64,000 nucleotides of DNA from an uncultured delta proteobacterium (GTDB taxonomy: Bacteria; Desulfobacterota; Binatia; UBA9968): NCBI GenBank assembly GCA_963728565.1, contig CAVSLC010000011.1, positions 96,001-160,000 on the forward strand, read 5' to 3'. The translations under genes were made by a program, and so were the position numbers. Of the stretch, positions 1 to 12,554 are shown one piece after another (the stretch's first letter is position 1; each line of letters starts with the position of its first letter). The notes under the pieces were generated by a model. The model ran no database searches and was not told the DNA's origin. It saw nothing but the letters and a program-made list of their open reading frames with translations.

Positions 1-142
1 CCTGATATAGTCCGCGCGCTTTTTTGTTGTCCCAAAGGCTGTTGGGGACCGTGACCCAGCCGGTATCGTGAAGCTGGTCAAAATCTTCGGCCAGATATGG
101 ATATGCCATGAAATGCCAGCAGAATAATTGAACAGGTTGCAT
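1..142 (-). CDS. LLM-class flavin-dependent oxidoreductase, N-terminal part (runs off window)
   Basis: Not in ORF track. AGGAG RBS then ATG at 142: MQPVQLFCWHFMAYPYLAEDFDQLHDTGWVTVPNSLWD..., resembling the luciferase-like monooxygenase N-terminus (HxMxYP..W.T.PN). Confidence 0.6.
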   Translation of the reverse strand, partial: MQPVQLFCWHFMAYPYLAEDFDQLHDTGWVTVPNSLWDNKKARGLYQ

Positions 143-777
143 TGGCTCCTCGATTAGGATGCGAGACTATCGTGAATTCTTTTTCAGAATAGTGAGGTCA
201 TACTATAAAGCAATGGAATGCCGCAAGAAGAGAATCTCCGTCGTGCTTAGCGTTCGATGCGCTAGTATTCGGAGCGTATTGACACGTCGATAATCTTAAG
301 GAGCGTGCCAACGCCGTCGCGCCCAGGTTAATTTCGTCGCGATGGCTGGCGGGATTTGCAGGCTCAGTAGCTGAATTGTTCGAAAAATAGATCTGCCTCG
401 GACTATGCAGAACCAAGGAAACTGAACTCTTTTACCTCTGTACTTTCACGTTCCAGGCACGCGGTTCACCCGTCGACAAAACTACTGCAGTTTCCGGGTG
501 GCAGGGTGCGCGCCGCGCCTCAATATCGCCTTTTCCTCGTCTTCGCGAGATTATGTCGCGCGCCCGGCGCCTGGACGAAGACCTGAAATTTCTAAACGGC
601 ATAAGGTAGGCGCTGCATTGCCACATGACCGGGCTATTGAAATTGGCTACACCCTAATAGAACTCCCGAAGGCGCCACATCTGCAGCCGGTGACATGTGG
701 TGTGAGGCAAAAACGATCTTCCTATTGATCTTGTCACCCTACAGCTTCTGGAGCATATGACGTTTCCTGTGCAGCGA

Positions 778-1002
778 TCACGGGCCAGTGCGAATGCGAA
801 CGTCGCGCGCCTTGAAATCATCGGACGGGGTGAGCACAATCCGATTGCTCTTTTTGGAACGAATCACTGCGTCGATACTCGGGCTTGCCAAAGGATTGCT
901 CCTGCGAACTGGATCGGCGCCGAAAAGCTCTCCCGCAATAAACACTCCCAATATCATTGCTAAACCAGCATAAATGGCACTGATGGATTTCGTTGCTTTC
1001 AT
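778..1002 (-). CDS. small exported hypothetical protein
   Basis: AAGGAG RBS before ATG at 1002; signal-peptide-like MKATKSISAIYAGLAMILGVFIAG. Confidence 0.5.
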   Translation of the reverse strand: MKATKSISAIYAGLAMILGVFIAGELFGADPVRRSNPLASPSIDAVIRSKKSNRIVLTPSDDFKARDVRIRTGP

Positions 1003-1232
1003 GTGTGCTCCTTCTTTGACGATAACTTTTGCTGGTTTAGATGTTGGCCATCTGAAAAAGGATGCCTGAAAGCGAATTGGTGCAGGGTGCGCTAAATACG
1101 TTGTTATCGCTTGTTCCCAGAAACTCTGTGTCATGCGCCCCAAGGCCATCACCCGATGTGGATACTTCAGGGAGAGTCGTGCTGCAGATTCGGCGATTGA
1201 CGGCTGCAGGACCGATTGATCACTTCACGTGG

Positions 1233-2561
1233 TTAGCTTTCCGATGTGTGCTTTTTCCTTTGCCAGAGCTCGAGGCGCTCTTTGATCTGCTTCTCGTACC
1301 CGGAATCTGACGGAACATAATATTTTCGTGTTTTCAGTTCCTCCGGTAGATGCTGTTGCTTGACCACATGATCGGGAAAGTTGTGGGCGTACTGGTAGTC
1401 CTTGCCGTATCCCAGTTTTTTCATCAGGCCAGTCGGCGCATTGCGAAGATGGAGAGGAACAGGCAGAGCGCCGCGTTGCTCAACATCCTGCGTTGCTGCC
1501 AGCATTGCCAAATAGGAGGCATTGGATTTCGGCGCTGTGGCGAGATACGTCGCGGCCTGGGCAAGTGGTATCCTACCTTCCGGCAGGCCGATGAAATGAA
1601 AAGCATCCTTGGCCGCCACCGCGACTTGCAATGCTCCGGGATCCGCATTGCCGATATCTTCGGCGGCGAAGATGACCATCCGACGCGCAATGAACAAAGG
1701 ATCCTCGCCCGCTTCGATCATGCGCATCATCCAATATAAAGCGGCATCAGGGTCGCTGCCGCGCAGGCTTTTGATGAATGCCGAGATAACGTTGTAATGC
1801 TCTTCGCCGGTCTTGTCATACCGAAGCGGTCTTAACTGCAGCGCCTCTTGCACGTGTGTCAGGCTGATTTCATTAACTTTCGCGCTATGCGCCAGAGCCG
1901 CGGCGGTTTCCAAGGTATTTAGAGCGATGCGGCAATCGCCTTGGGAATGCTCGATCAGGAAGTCCCGACCTTCCGGCGAAATGTTTAGATGCATGTTCCC
2001 TAGCCCGCGCTCATTATCTTGCAAGGCACGATCGACGATCGCACCGATCTCCTCAGTCGACAAGGTTTTGAGCACCAAAACCTGAGTCCGAGAAAGCAGG
2101 GGAGAGATGACCTCGAAGGATGGGTTCTCAGTGGTGGCGCCGATCAAAACAAGCGTGCCGCGCTCGACGTAAGGAAGAAAATTATCTTGTTGTGACTTGT
2201 TAAAATGATGGATCTCGTCGACGAAGAGGACCGTATTCTTGCCCGCACGACCGAGCCGTTCGGCCTCGTCTATAATCTTCTTCAGGTCCTTGACGCTCGA
2301 GGAGACCGCCGAGAAATGGACGCATCGCGCACCTGTCTTGCTGGCAAGAATTTGCGCCAAAGTTGTTTTGCCGCTGCCCGGCGGACCCCAAAGAACTAAA
2401 GATCTGAGCTGGCCGCTATCAGCCATCTCGGTTAGAATTCGTCCCGGCCCGAGGAGATGCTTTTGTCCGACGAATTCACCCAGGTTTCGCGGGCGCATCC
2501 GTTCCGCGAGCGGCGCGCGAGCCGATTGCTCCTTCGATCGATCGGATTCGAACAAATCCAT
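1233..2561 (-). CDS. rarA: replication-associated recombination protein A (MgsA/RarA AAA+ ATPase)
   Basis: PLAERMRP, Walker A GPPGSGKTT, DEIHHF, GATTENPSF, SAFIKSLRGSD, EDIGNAD. Confidence 0.96.
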   Translation of the reverse strand: MDLFESDRSKEQSARAPLAERMRPRNLGEFVGQKHLLGPGRILTEMADSGQLRSLVLWGPPGSGKTTLAQILASKTGARCVHFSAVSSSVKDLKKIIDEAERLGRAGKNTVLFVDEIHHFNKSQQDNFLPYVERGTLVLIGATTENPSFEVISPLLSRTQVLVLKTLSTEEIGAIVDRALQDNERGLGNMHLNISPEGRDFLIEHSQGDCRIALNTLETAAALAHSAKVNEISLTHVQEALQLRPLRYDKTGEEHYNVISAFIKSLRGSDPDAALYWMMRMIEAGEDPLFIARRMVIFAAEDIGNADPGALQVAVAAKDAFHFIGLPEGRIPLAQAATYLATAPKSNASYLAMLAATQDVEQRGALPVPLHLRNAPTGLMKKLGYGKDYQYAHNFPDHVVKQQHLPEELKTRKYYVPSDSGYEKQIKERLELWQRKKHTSES

Positions 2562-2841
2562 ACTGATATGCTAGCACAATTGCCTGGCGCCGTTGTAGCC
2601 GGCGCAATTCAGCATTAACAAGAAGCGTTCGACGTAAGCTCACGAGATCAATCCCCGCGCCGATACTTACCGCCAAAGCTAGATTCCCGCAGCGGAAATT
2701 TCCTGACCTAGCGATCACGATGGCGGCGGTGGCTTTGTCAGACGATCGCGTCTTGATGGAATCTCGCTAGCGAAAATGTCGGTGTCACTTTCGGTCCCAG
2801 GCAAGGGATGCTATCCTAAGCGCCATTTCAGGATTGCAGAC

Positions 2842-3210
2842 ATGGCGGAAAAGTCAGTCAACGAAGGTACACCTCCTCTTGTTCAAGGGGCCGTGCGCAC
2901 AGTTTTATTTCCAGACTCAGCGATTTCCGGGCGACTGAGCTATGATTTGCCGGTTAAAATCGACAGCAAATTCACTGGCGAGGTCAAGGCTAGTGATCTC
3001 TTGGTGGTCGGCGCCAACGCGCACGTGGAAGCGCGGGTCGCCGCGCGCAATCTCCAATTAGAAGGGAAGTTGATCGGCAGTGTTCAGGTGGTCGGTTGCT
3101 TTGAAATAATGCCGGGAGGACATTTCAAGGGCGACGCTCAAGCCGCGGAGCTTAGAGTTCATCCCGGGGCGACCTTTGATGGTCAAGGGAAAATAACCGG
3201 CGAGGCGTAA
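2842..3210 (+). CDS. bactofilin / polymer-forming cytoskeletal protein
   Basis: beta-helix pattern ISGRL..KIDSKFTGEV..LVVGANAHVEARV..LQLEGKLIGSV..GATFDG; start chosen at ATG 2842. Confidence 0.8.
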   Translation: MAEKSVNEGTPPLVQGAVRTVLFPDSAISGRLSYDLPVKIDSKFTGEVKASDLLVVGANAHVEARVAARNLQLEGKLIGSVQVVGCFEIMPGGHFKGDAQAAELRVHPGATFDGQGKITGEA

Positions 3211-3218
3211 AGCAGTGT

Positions 3219-3575
3219 TTATCGGCTGCCGGATCGGTCGTCGGAAAAAAGCCGAGCAGCCTTTCCTGATCTTTCCCGCAAATAATAAAGCTTTGCGCGC
3301 CGCACTCTGCCGCGCGAGACGACTTCGACTTTATCGATTCGTGGAGAATGGAACGGGAAGATACGTTCTACGCCCACTCCATAAGATATTTTGCGAACGA
3401 CGAAATTTGCGCGATTGCCTTTCCCGCCGATGCCAATGACAATTCCCTCAAAGACCTGAGTTCGTTCTTTTTCACCTTCGACAACTTTAACATGCACCCG
3501 CACCGTTTCTCCGGCTCGGAGCGCCGGAATTTCCTGCTTGGATTGCTGGGTTTCGAGTTTATCTAGAATATTCAT
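3219..3575 (-). CDS. rplS: 50S ribosomal protein L19
   Basis: [34 protein letters not shown]; last gene of the trmD operon. Confidence 0.98.
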   Translation of the reverse strand: MNILDKLETQQSKQEIPALRAGETVRVHVKVVEGEKERTQVFEGIVIGIGGKGNRANFVVRKISYGVGVERIFPFHSPRIDKVEVVSRGRVRRAKLYYLRERSGKAARLFSDDRSGSR

Positions 3576-3597
3576 GACTACTCCTGTTTCTGTAAAG

Positions 3598-4872
3598 CTA
3601 ACGTCCCAGAAGACGATCCAGAATAATCGCCGCTGCCGATCGAACCGAGAGATGGTTGTAATCGGTCCATCCTTCGAGCGCCTCTAAAACGTAATCTGAT
3701 TGAGAGATTATTGTCTCAGTGAGTCCCCAGCCCGTGCCCAAAATGATCAGGAAAGGGTGAGTGGTATTTATTAACATGTCTTGGAGCTGGGCGAAAGAGG
3801 TCCGCTGACCTCCGGGCCTTGCGGACGTCACGACAATTCGCGGCTTTACGCCGTATTCCTGCTCCAAGTCGATCAAGACGTCATCGAGCGTGTCTTTAAC
3901 TCGGGCCAGCGCCAGCGCCTCTTTTCGGGTCGCGTTGTACTGACTGCCGTAGCCGCGCTCCCAATGATCAATGATCTTTAACGCGAGCCTTTGCAGCGCT
4001 TTAACCGGGATCACCACAAAAAAACCTTTGATGCCGTATGTTCTTCCCGAACGCGCAATATCATGGATGTCCATGTTGGTAACCGCTGTAGTGACAATCT
4101 GACGGTTCTTATCATAGACCGGGTAGTGAAGCAGGGCGACGTAGACAGGCGCCCGGTGATTGCAAATCAGCTCCTTTTCTTCCGAAGATAGATCAACGCT
4201 GCCAATTAAATCCGGTCGCCGCTTTTGAGTTTGCTGAACGCTCATCCGACGCCGCCATTGCCGTATCCTTTCATGATCGCCTGACAGCAGCGCTTCTGGC
4301 ACCTTCGCGCCGCGAAATTCCTCGGGCCGGGTATATTGAGGATATTCGAGCAGCCCATTGCTGAAAGACTCATCGCCGGCAGACTCGGCGTTGCCCAACA
4401 CGCCAGGGACCAAGCGTGACACCGCGTCAATGACAACTATCGCCGCGGGCTCGCCGCCGCTAATGGTGTAGTCGCCAATCGAAATTTCGTCGTCGATAAA
4501 ATCTTTGACCCGCTCATCGACTCCCTCATAGCGCCCGCAAATCAGCACCAGTTCTTCTTCCTTGGCCAGCTCAGCGGCCGCGGCTTGATTGAAGACACGG
4601 CCCTGAGGCGATAGAAGAATGACCTTGGCTCGCGGCATTCTAGTCTTAACGTCCTCGATGGCCGCGACCAACGGCTCCGGTTTCATCACCATGCCTTGGC
4701 CGCCGCCGTATGGGTAATCATCGGTGATGCGATGGCGGTCAGTCGTGTAGTCTCGCGGATTGATCAAAACAATCGAAATCAGCTCTTTCTCCTGGGCCTT
4801 TTTCAGAATGCTGTGGTTCAAAGGCGATTCCAACATGGCCGGAAAAAGAGTGACGATGGTGAAGTTGAGCAT
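3598..4872 (-). CDS. trmD: tRNA (guanine37-N1)-methyltransferase fused to a C-terminal Tm1570-like SPOUT methyltransferase
   Basis: TrmD motifs [43 protein letters not shown]; extra ~185 aa domain [34 protein letters not shown]. Confidence 0.95.
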   Translation of the reverse strand: MLNFTIVTLFPAMLESPLNHSILKKAQEKELISIVLINPRDYTTDRHRITDDYPYGGGQGMVMKPEPLVAAIEDVKTRMPRAKVILLSPQGRVFNQAAAAELAKEEELVLICGRYEGVDERVKDFIDDEISIGDYTISGGEPAAIVVIDAVSRLVPGVLGNAESAGDESFSNGLLEYPQYTRPEEFRGAKVPEALLSGDHERIRQWRRRMSVQQTQKRRPDLIGSVDLSSEEKELICNHRAPVYVALLHYPVYDKNRQIVTTAVTNMDIHDIARSGRTYGIKGFFVVIPVKALQRLALKIIDHWERGYGSQYNATRKEALALARVKDTLDDVLIDLEQEYGVKPRIVVTSARPGGQRTSFAQLQDMLINTTHPFLIILGTGWGLTETIISQSDYVLEALEGWTDYNHLSVRSAAAIILDRLLGR

Positions 4873-4898
4873 GAATAAGCGGGCAGACGAGGGTCTGC

Positions 4899-5411
4899 TT
4901 AGAGATCCAGTAGACCGGCAGGAAGATCGACGATCATCCGGCCAGCTGCCAAATCTACTTCGGAGATAATCTCTTTCACAGCCGGAATGAGATGTTCTTT
5001 ATCAACCCCGGCGACCACGTATAACTCGCTACCGGGCGTTGACCAGATCTGTTTTAGGATGCCAATCCGCGCGCCGCTGGTATCGAAGACCTCGAGGCCA
5101 ATCACTTGATAATGGTAGTATTCGCCAGGCGCCGGAGCCGTCAATGATTCTTCGGGCACAGCGAGGGTCGATCGTACCCAAGGACGGGCGCTTGCAATAT
5201 CATCGATCCCGCGCAGTTTCAGCAGAATTTGTCGCCTGTGCGGTCGGACCGATTCCACCTCGACCGCGGTGCGAGCTCCGTCTTTTATTAGAATGACTTC
5301 GCTGAGAACGGAAAAAAGAGGACTCTCAAGATTATAAGGATTTAGCTTAAGCCATCCGCCAAGTCCGTGCGTCGTAGCGATTTCCCCTAATGCGATGATT
5401 CCGTCAGGCAC
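4899..5411 (-). CDS. rimM: ribosome maturation factor RimM
   Basis: GEIATTHGLGG, GEYYHYQVIGLEV, HLIPAVKEII; operon position. Confidence 0.93.
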   Translation of the reverse strand: MPDGIIALGEIATTHGLGGWLKLNPYNLESPLFSVLSEVILIKDGARTAVEVESVRPHRRQILLKLRGIDDIASARPWVRSTLAVPEESLTAPAPGEYYHYQVIGLEVFDTSGARIGILKQIWSTPGSELYVVAGVDKEHLIPAVKEIISEVDLAAGRMIVDLPAGLLDL

Positions 5412-5432
5412 TCCCTTAGCCTAACAGACTGC

Positions 5433-5669
5433 CTACTTTTCTTCCACGATTTCCAGAACGACTTTGCGGTTGGTCTTTGAAGCTGCTGCATTGAGGAGCG
5501 TGCGGATTGATTTCGCAGTCCGGCCCTGCTTGCCAATGATTCGGCCCAAATCGTCTTTGGCAACTCTTAACTCATAAACAGCCGCGTCCTCTACTGCGCT
5601 CTCTGATACTTCGACGGCATCCGGATTACTCACCAGGGATTCGGCCAAGTATTGAACGAGTTGCTTCAT
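5433..5669 (-). CDS. khpA: KH-domain RNA-binding protein
   Basis: DLGRIIGKQGRTAKSIRTLL; between rpsP and rimM. Confidence 0.92.
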   Translation of the reverse strand: MKQLVQYLAESLVSNPDAVEVSESAVEDAAVYELRVAKDDLGRIIGKQGRTAKSIRTLLNAAASKTNRKVVLEIVEEK

Positions 5670-5691
5670 AGTTGGCGCTCCTTGCCGAATC

Positions 5692-5937
5692 CTAGCTGGC
5701 TTTCTTTTGTTTCGCGATCAGTTGGGAAACGGTCCGCGTCGGTTGCGCCCCGCGCTTGATCCAAGTTTCGGCTTTTTCCTGATTGATCTTGAATGTTCCG
5801 CCGCCCGCGGTCGGATCATAGGTGCCGATCTGCTCAATGTACCTCCCGTCACGGGCAAAACGTTGGTCGCTGACAACGATCCGATAAAAAGGTTTCTTCT
5901 TCGCGCCATGCCTGCTCAAGCGAATTCTCACACTCAT
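5692..5937 (-). CDS. rpsP: 30S ribosomal protein S16
   Basis: [35 protein letters not shown]. Confidence 0.98.
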   Translation of the reverse strand: MSVRIRLSRHGAKKKPFYRIVVSDQRFARDGRYIEQIGTYDPTAGGGTFKINQEKAETWIKRGAQPTRTVSQLIAKQKKAS

Positions 5938-5953
5938 ACGTCTTCCTTCTCCT

Positions 5954-7294
5954 CTAGTGAAACGGGTTGGCCATTCGACCAAAGAGCGATTTCATTCCGC
6001 CCTTGCTCACCCGCTGCATCATTTTTTTCATTTCCAAAAACTGCTTCATCAAGCGATTCACATCGGCCACGCTGGTGCCGCTGCCTTGGGCGATTCTGCG
6101 CCGCCGGCTGCCGTTTAAGATTGCCGGACTGCGCCGCTCCTGAAGAGTCATCGAATTGATGATAGCGTCAACCCGCTTCAATTCCTTCTCGGCTTTGTCG
6201 GCATCCACTTGGGAAGCTAGCTTCTTGCCGCCTGGAATCAGCTCAAGCAAGCTGCCCATAGATCCCATTTTTTTGATCTGCTGCAATTGAATCTGAAACT
6301 CCTCGAGCGTGAACTGTTGCTTCTGAATGACTTTCTGGAGGCGCTCGGCCTCCTTCTGCTCGAAATTTTGCTGAACTTTGTCGATCAACGAAAGAACGTC
6401 GCCCATGCCGAGAATTCTTGACGCAAGCCGGTCGGGGTAAAACGGTTCGAGCGCGTCGAGTTTCTCGCCCATCCCGGCGAACAGAATAGGTTTCCCGACC
6501 ATCTGACGAATCGATAACGCGGCGCCGCCACGCGCGTCGCCGTCAAGTTTCGTCAGGATGACGCCGCTAATTCCAAGCTGCTGATCAAAGCCCATCGCTT
6601 GATTAACTGCATCTTGACCCGTCATCGCATCGGCTACGAACAAAATCTGATGCGGGTTAACGGCGCTTTTGATCAGTTTGAGCTCCTGCATGAGCTCTTC
6701 ATCGATATGTAGACGGCCAGCCGTATCAATGAGCAGCAAGTCACAGAATCGCCTTTTCGCTTCATCGAGTGCTTGTTTACAGATGGCAACCGGCGAGGTC
6801 TGAGGATTCGACTCATACACCGGCAGCTCGACTTCAGCGCCAAGAATCTTAAGCTGTTCGATCGCGGCAGGGCGATATACGTCCGCTGGAACCAGATAGG
6901 GAGTTCTCTTTTGATCTCTTTTTAAATGCCTGGCGAGCTTGGCTAGCGTCGTCGTCTTACCAGATCCTTGCAGGCCGACGAGCATGATAACAACTGGCGG
7001 CGCCGCTTTGAGGTCGAGTTTACGATGCTCGCCACCGAGGAGGTCGGTTAGCTCATCACGGACGATTTTTAGGAACTGTTGCTCGGGAGTTAAACTTTGA
7101 AGAACCTCTTGGCCCAGTGACTTCGCCTTGACCGAATCGAGAAAAGTCTTAACGACTTTGACATGAACATCGGCCTCCAAGAGCGCTAAGCGGACCTCGC
7201 GGAGCGCGTCATCGATGTTTTTCTCGCTGATTTTGCCTTCGCCACGGAGCCTTTTGAATGTGAGTTCTAATTTTTCGGTCAACGACTCGAACAT
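5954..7294 (-). CDS. ffh: signal recognition particle protein
   Basis: [25 protein letters not shown], Met-rich M domain with [11 protein letters not shown]. Confidence 0.98.
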   Translation of the reverse strand: MFESLTEKLELTFKRLRGEGKISEKNIDDALREVRLALLEADVHVKVVKTFLDSVKAKSLGQEVLQSLTPEQQFLKIVRDELTDLLGGEHRKLDLKAAPPVVIMLVGLQGSGKTTTLAKLARHLKRDQKRTPYLVPADVYRPAAIEQLKILGAEVELPVYESNPQTSPVAICKQALDEAKRRFCDLLLIDTAGRLHIDEELMQELKLIKSAVNPHQILFVADAMTGQDAVNQAMGFDQQLGISGVILTKLDGDARGGAALSIRQMVGKPILFAGMGEKLDALEPFYPDRLASRILGMGDVLSLIDKVQQNFEQKEAERLQKVIQKQQFTLEEFQIQLQQIKKMGSMGSLLELIPGGKKLASQVDADKAEKELKRVDAIINSMTLQERRSPAILNGSRRRRIAQGSGTSVADVNRLMKQFLEMKKMMQRVSKGGMKSLFGRMANPFH

Positions 7295-7379
7295 CGCGGG
7301 AATCACCCTAAGCTATGATATTAAAAGGAGAAATTAACGCTAAACCCTAGTACTAAGCGAGCGACTTGTCAAGCGGAGT

Positions 7380-7423
7380 AAAAAGAAAGGCCCGTTACGC
7401 CATGGCTGCGGCGTAACGGGCCT
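7380..7423 (-). terminator. intrinsic terminator after groEL
   Basis: 14-bp stem AGGCCCGTTACGCC/GGCGTAACGGGCCT followed by a T-rich tract on the minus strand. Confidence 0.85.
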
Positions 7424-7444
7424 GGATCGTTACAGCTTTTCTAC

Positions 7445-9419
<1,975 letters not shown>

Positions 9420-9530
9420 CTTTTGCCTCCTTTCCTGTTTAAAGTAATTCCTGTTTAAAAGTAATGCGAATTGCGATCAGGCGTTCCGGCTCTGCGTCAG
9501 CGGCAACATTCGACCGCCCAAAGCGCGATC

Positions 9531-9558
9531 AATCTAAGCATGAATCCCGCCGTGTCAA
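9531..9558 (-). promoter_or_regulatory. sigma70-type promoter for groES-groEL
   Basis: TTGACA-16 bp-TAGATT on the minus strand. Confidence 0.55.
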
Positions 9559-9605
9559 GGTAATCCGGGCGATAAATTGATTGTTTGATTACAAGAATCG
9601 CAACA

Positions 9606-9884
9606 TCATTTATTTTTCTGCCGTCTCATCTCTTCCTCGAGATACTTACGATACAATACGTCCCATTCTCGGCTTCCCGGTGGGATATGCCGGGATAAAG
9701 ATTGGATTTTTTGCCGAACTATTTCGTCGAACTGATCTTCCCGTTCGAAAAACTCGTGCAAGACGCGTTTAGTTTCAGAAAGCACCCGGCCCTCGTTCGG
9801 GAACTCGGCCAAATCGTTGCCTTTGAGTCCGCTAACGACCAGATGAGCAAGGTGGGAGATGCGGCTTTCGGAAAGTCGGCTCAT
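9606..9884 (-). CDS. DUF507 family protein
   Basis: RLSESRISHLA..PGSREWDVLYRKYLEEE; paired with adjacent paralog. Confidence 0.75.
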   Translation of the reverse strand: MSRLSESRISHLAHLVVSGLKGNDLAEFPNEGRVLSETKRVLHEFFEREDQFDEIVRQKIQSLSRHIPPGSREWDVLYRKYLEEEMRRQKNK

Positions 9885-10156
9885 AGAATAAAGCCCTTCT
9901 TGGCTGCCAACTTCTGTTTGGCGATCAGAAACATTTTAAAGTGATCCATTTCCCGAGTTGCCTGAGCATGGGCCGCGAGCATCTTGCGCGCCTCATCTTC
10001 TATAGCTTCCTCTTCCGCAAAGTTCTGACTGATCAGGCCCTTGATCTTGGCCAGGATTGTCGTGTCTTCGCGCTTAGGCTTTATCAATTCCTTAGCCCGA
10101 TAGTTTTCAAGAAGCAGTTTAGCTAGCTTATCGAGTTGTTCCGGCTTGAGTTTCAT
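9881..10156 (-). CDS. DUF507 family protein
   Basis: MKLKPEQLDKLA..EE.IEDEARKML..KMFLIAKQKLAAKKGFIL. Confidence 0.75.
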   Translation of the reverse strand: MKLKPEQLDKLAKLLLENYRAKELIKPKREDTTILAKIKGLISQNFAEEEAIEDEARKMLAAHAQATREMDHFKMFLIAKQKLAAKKGFIL

Positions 10157-10159
10157 GGC

Positions 10160-10454
10160 TGTGGAAAAGGCTGTTAATAAGTTGCGAACAGCTAGTTTGA
10201 AGACCGGGCAGAAGCAGTGAACCAGTTGATTTCTATCCGCGTTAGCCGGGGATGTCAACCCGAACGAATCCCCGCATCTGATAACTCCGGTTACCGCCTG
10301 ATCTGGAAAAATTAGCTTGTGAAATTAAGGGTTTTTTGTCACTATGTTCGATACTCATAGGCTTTCCTGCCGGCAGTTCTAGCAAACCGATGCGTAGTTA
10401 TCCACAAGCAAAACAGCGTACGGCTTTGAAGAGTGCGCGAGAGGTTGTGAACAA
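10160..10454. promoter_or_regulatory. cluster of DnaA-box-like 9-mers
   Basis: TGTGGAAAA 10160, TGTTAATAA 10172, TTATCCACA 10398, TGTGAACAA 10446 in one divergent intergenic region. Confidence 0.5.
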
Positions 10455-10458
10455 GTAA

Positions 10459-11370
10459 GTGACGCTTAGAAAACCGGCCAGGTTACGGCCAGGGCACCGC
10501 ATCGGCGTTATCGCTCCGGCCGGCTGCGTTGAACAAGATGCTCTGCTTAGAGGAGTACAGGCGATTCGAGACCGGGGCTATGAAGTCGAATTAGCCTCCC
10601 GGATTCTCGACAGCAAGGGCTATCTTGCCGGAGACGAACGGAACCGGGCCGATGACCTAATCAATTTTTTTCAACGAAGCGATATAAGCGCCATCTTATG
10701 CGCTCGTGGCGGGTTTGGTTCAGCACAACTTTTGCCCTATTTGATACAGTCAAATTTTCGTCCTGCTCCGAAGATTTTTGCCGGGTATAGCGATGTTACG
10801 TTTCTGCTGAACTGGATCAATAGCCGGTTTGGCATGGTAACATTTCACGCGCCGATGGTTGCGATGGAGTTGGCGCGCGGACTTAGCGACCGTACGCAAG
10901 AGGGTTTCTGGGGCTTGTTGACGGGCGCCAAATCGGAATGGAAAATCGAGTTAGGCGAGGTCATACGCGCGGGAAAAGCCGAGAGTGAGATGATGGGGGG
11001 CTGTTTGTCAGTTTTAGTAACAACCCTCGGGACGCCTTACGAGATCAGAACCGATGGCAAACTGCTGTTTTTAGAAGACGTTGGTGAACGGCCTTACCGA
11101 ATAGAGCGAATGCTGACGCATTTGAAAATGGCCGGAAAACTCGATCACCTCGCTGGGTTGGTTTTTGGCGACTTCACCAACTGTGAAGCCGAAGGGCCTA
11201 GAAGCGTGGTGCAAATCATTGCTGAGATGTTTGCGCAGGCTCCATATCCGGTATTGATGGGCATGCCGGCCGGACACGGAAGCGAGCACATAACTCTGCC
11301 GTTCGGGGTCAAAATGATACTCGACGGAAACCGCCGATCTCTTTCGTTGGTCGAATCGCCAGTGGCTTGA
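10459..11370 (+). CDS. ldcA: LD-carboxypeptidase (peptidase S66)
   Basis: ARGGFGS, GYSDVT, LFLEDVGE, PAGHG (Ser-Glu-His triad). Confidence 0.9.
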   Translation: MTLRKPARLRPGHRIGVIAPAGCVEQDALLRGVQAIRDRGYEVELASRILDSKGYLAGDERNRADDLINFFQRSDISAILCARGGFGSAQLLPYLIQSNFRPAPKIFAGYSDVTFLLNWINSRFGMVTFHAPMVAMELARGLSDRTQEGFWGLLTGAKSEWKIELGEVIRAGKAESEMMGGCLSVLVTTLGTPYEIRTDGKLLFLEDVGERPYRIERMLTHLKMAGKLDHLAGLVFGDFTNCEAEGPRSVVQIIAEMFAQAPYPVLMGMPAGHGSEHITLPFGVKMILDGNRRSLSLVESPVA

Positions 11371-11423
11371 GATTAAAAAGCATTTCCCTAGCCGCGCCCG
11401 GCCAAAGAAAGTCGACTTATTTA

Positions 11424-12554
11424 ATGACCATCGATTTTCATGCCGTTGAGAACGCGACTGAGGAAGCAATCAAGCAGGGCGTATTTCCCGGCGCCGTACT
11501 GCTAATCGGTCGTGGAGAAGATATAATTTATGAACGAGCTTTTGGATGGCGCAGTTTGCTGCCCGATAGGACTCCTATGCGCTCATCGACGATTTTTGAC
11601 CTCGCATCCTTAACCAAACCTTTAGCGACGACGCTCGCAATCATGCTCCTGGTCGACGACAATAAAGTACGACTTGACGATCAGGTAAGTCAATTTGTGC
11701 CGATCTTTCGTCCGGTCGTAAACACCCGAACAAAAATACGCCACTTGCTAAATCATACATCCGGCCTGCCTGCCTGGAAACCCTACTATGAGGACGTGAT
11801 CCAATGCGAAATGAGTGGAAGAACCGGATTTATCGGAAGCCGGGCGGCTAAAAACTACATTCTGGAACAAGTCCACCGGGAAACCCCTTTAAGTGAGCCG
11901 GGGACCCAAGCCGTTTACAGCGACCTTGGATTCATGGTCCTCGGCGAAATAATCGAAACGATCAGCGGCTCGCAGTTGGACGCCTTCTTTCATGAGCGGA
12001 TCTCCCAGCCGTTTCAATTACGTTCGACAACTTTTCTCGGCTTGACGCAATTTGCAACATGGCGAATCCATCCTAAAGAGGATGAGTTCGCACCGACAGA
12101 ACTTTGCCCTTGGCGGAAGAAAGTTCTCTGTGCCGAAGTGCACGATGATAACGCTTTTGCAATGGGCGGGGTTGCCGGGCACGCCGGTTTGTTCTCCTCC
12201 GCGCACGACATTCATACACTTGTGGCTCGGTTGGATCGATGTCTGCGCGGTTGCGATTCATTCCTGCCGCAGCGGTTGGTGCAAGAGTTCTTTACCAAGG
12301 ATGATTCCGTACGTTTCACCCACGCATTGGGTTGGGACACTCCTTCGCCGAAAAACTCCTCAAGCGGAATGCACTTCTCGCGCAGGTCCGTCGGGCACCT
12401 TGGATTCACTGGTACCTCGCTCTGGTGGGACTTGGAGAAGAATTGTCATGTGATTCTATTGACCAATCGCGTTCACCCGAATCGAAACAATGAAAAAATC
12501 AAACAGTTTCGACCGAAGATTCACGATCTGATTATGCAGGCAATCCATCCATGA
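11424..12554 (+). CDS. serine hydrolase, beta-lactamase/PBP-like family (possible AmiE-like muropeptide amidase)
   Basis: FDLASLTK (SxxK), LLNHTSGL, YSDLGF, GHAGLFS, GHLGFTGTS, LLTNRVHP; alternative TTG start at 11367. Confidence 0.85.
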   Translation: MTIDFHAVENATEEAIKQGVFPGAVLLIGRGEDIIYERAFGWRSLLPDRTPMRSSTIFDLASLTKPLATTLAIMLLVDDNKVRLDDQVSQFVPIFRPVVNTRTKIRHLLNHTSGLPAWKPYYEDVIQCEMSGRTGFIGSRAAKNYILEQVHRETPLSEPGTQAVYSDLGFMVLGEIIETISGSQLDAFFHERISQPFQLRSTTFLGLTQFATWRIHPKEDEFAPTELCPWRKKVLCAEVHDDNAFAMGGVAGHAGLFSSAHDIHTLVARLDRCLRGCDSFLPQRLVQEFFTKDDSVRFTHALGWDTPSPKNSSSGMHFSRRSVGHLGFTGTSLWWDLEKNCHVILLTNRVHPNRNNEKIKQFRPKIHDLIMQAIHP

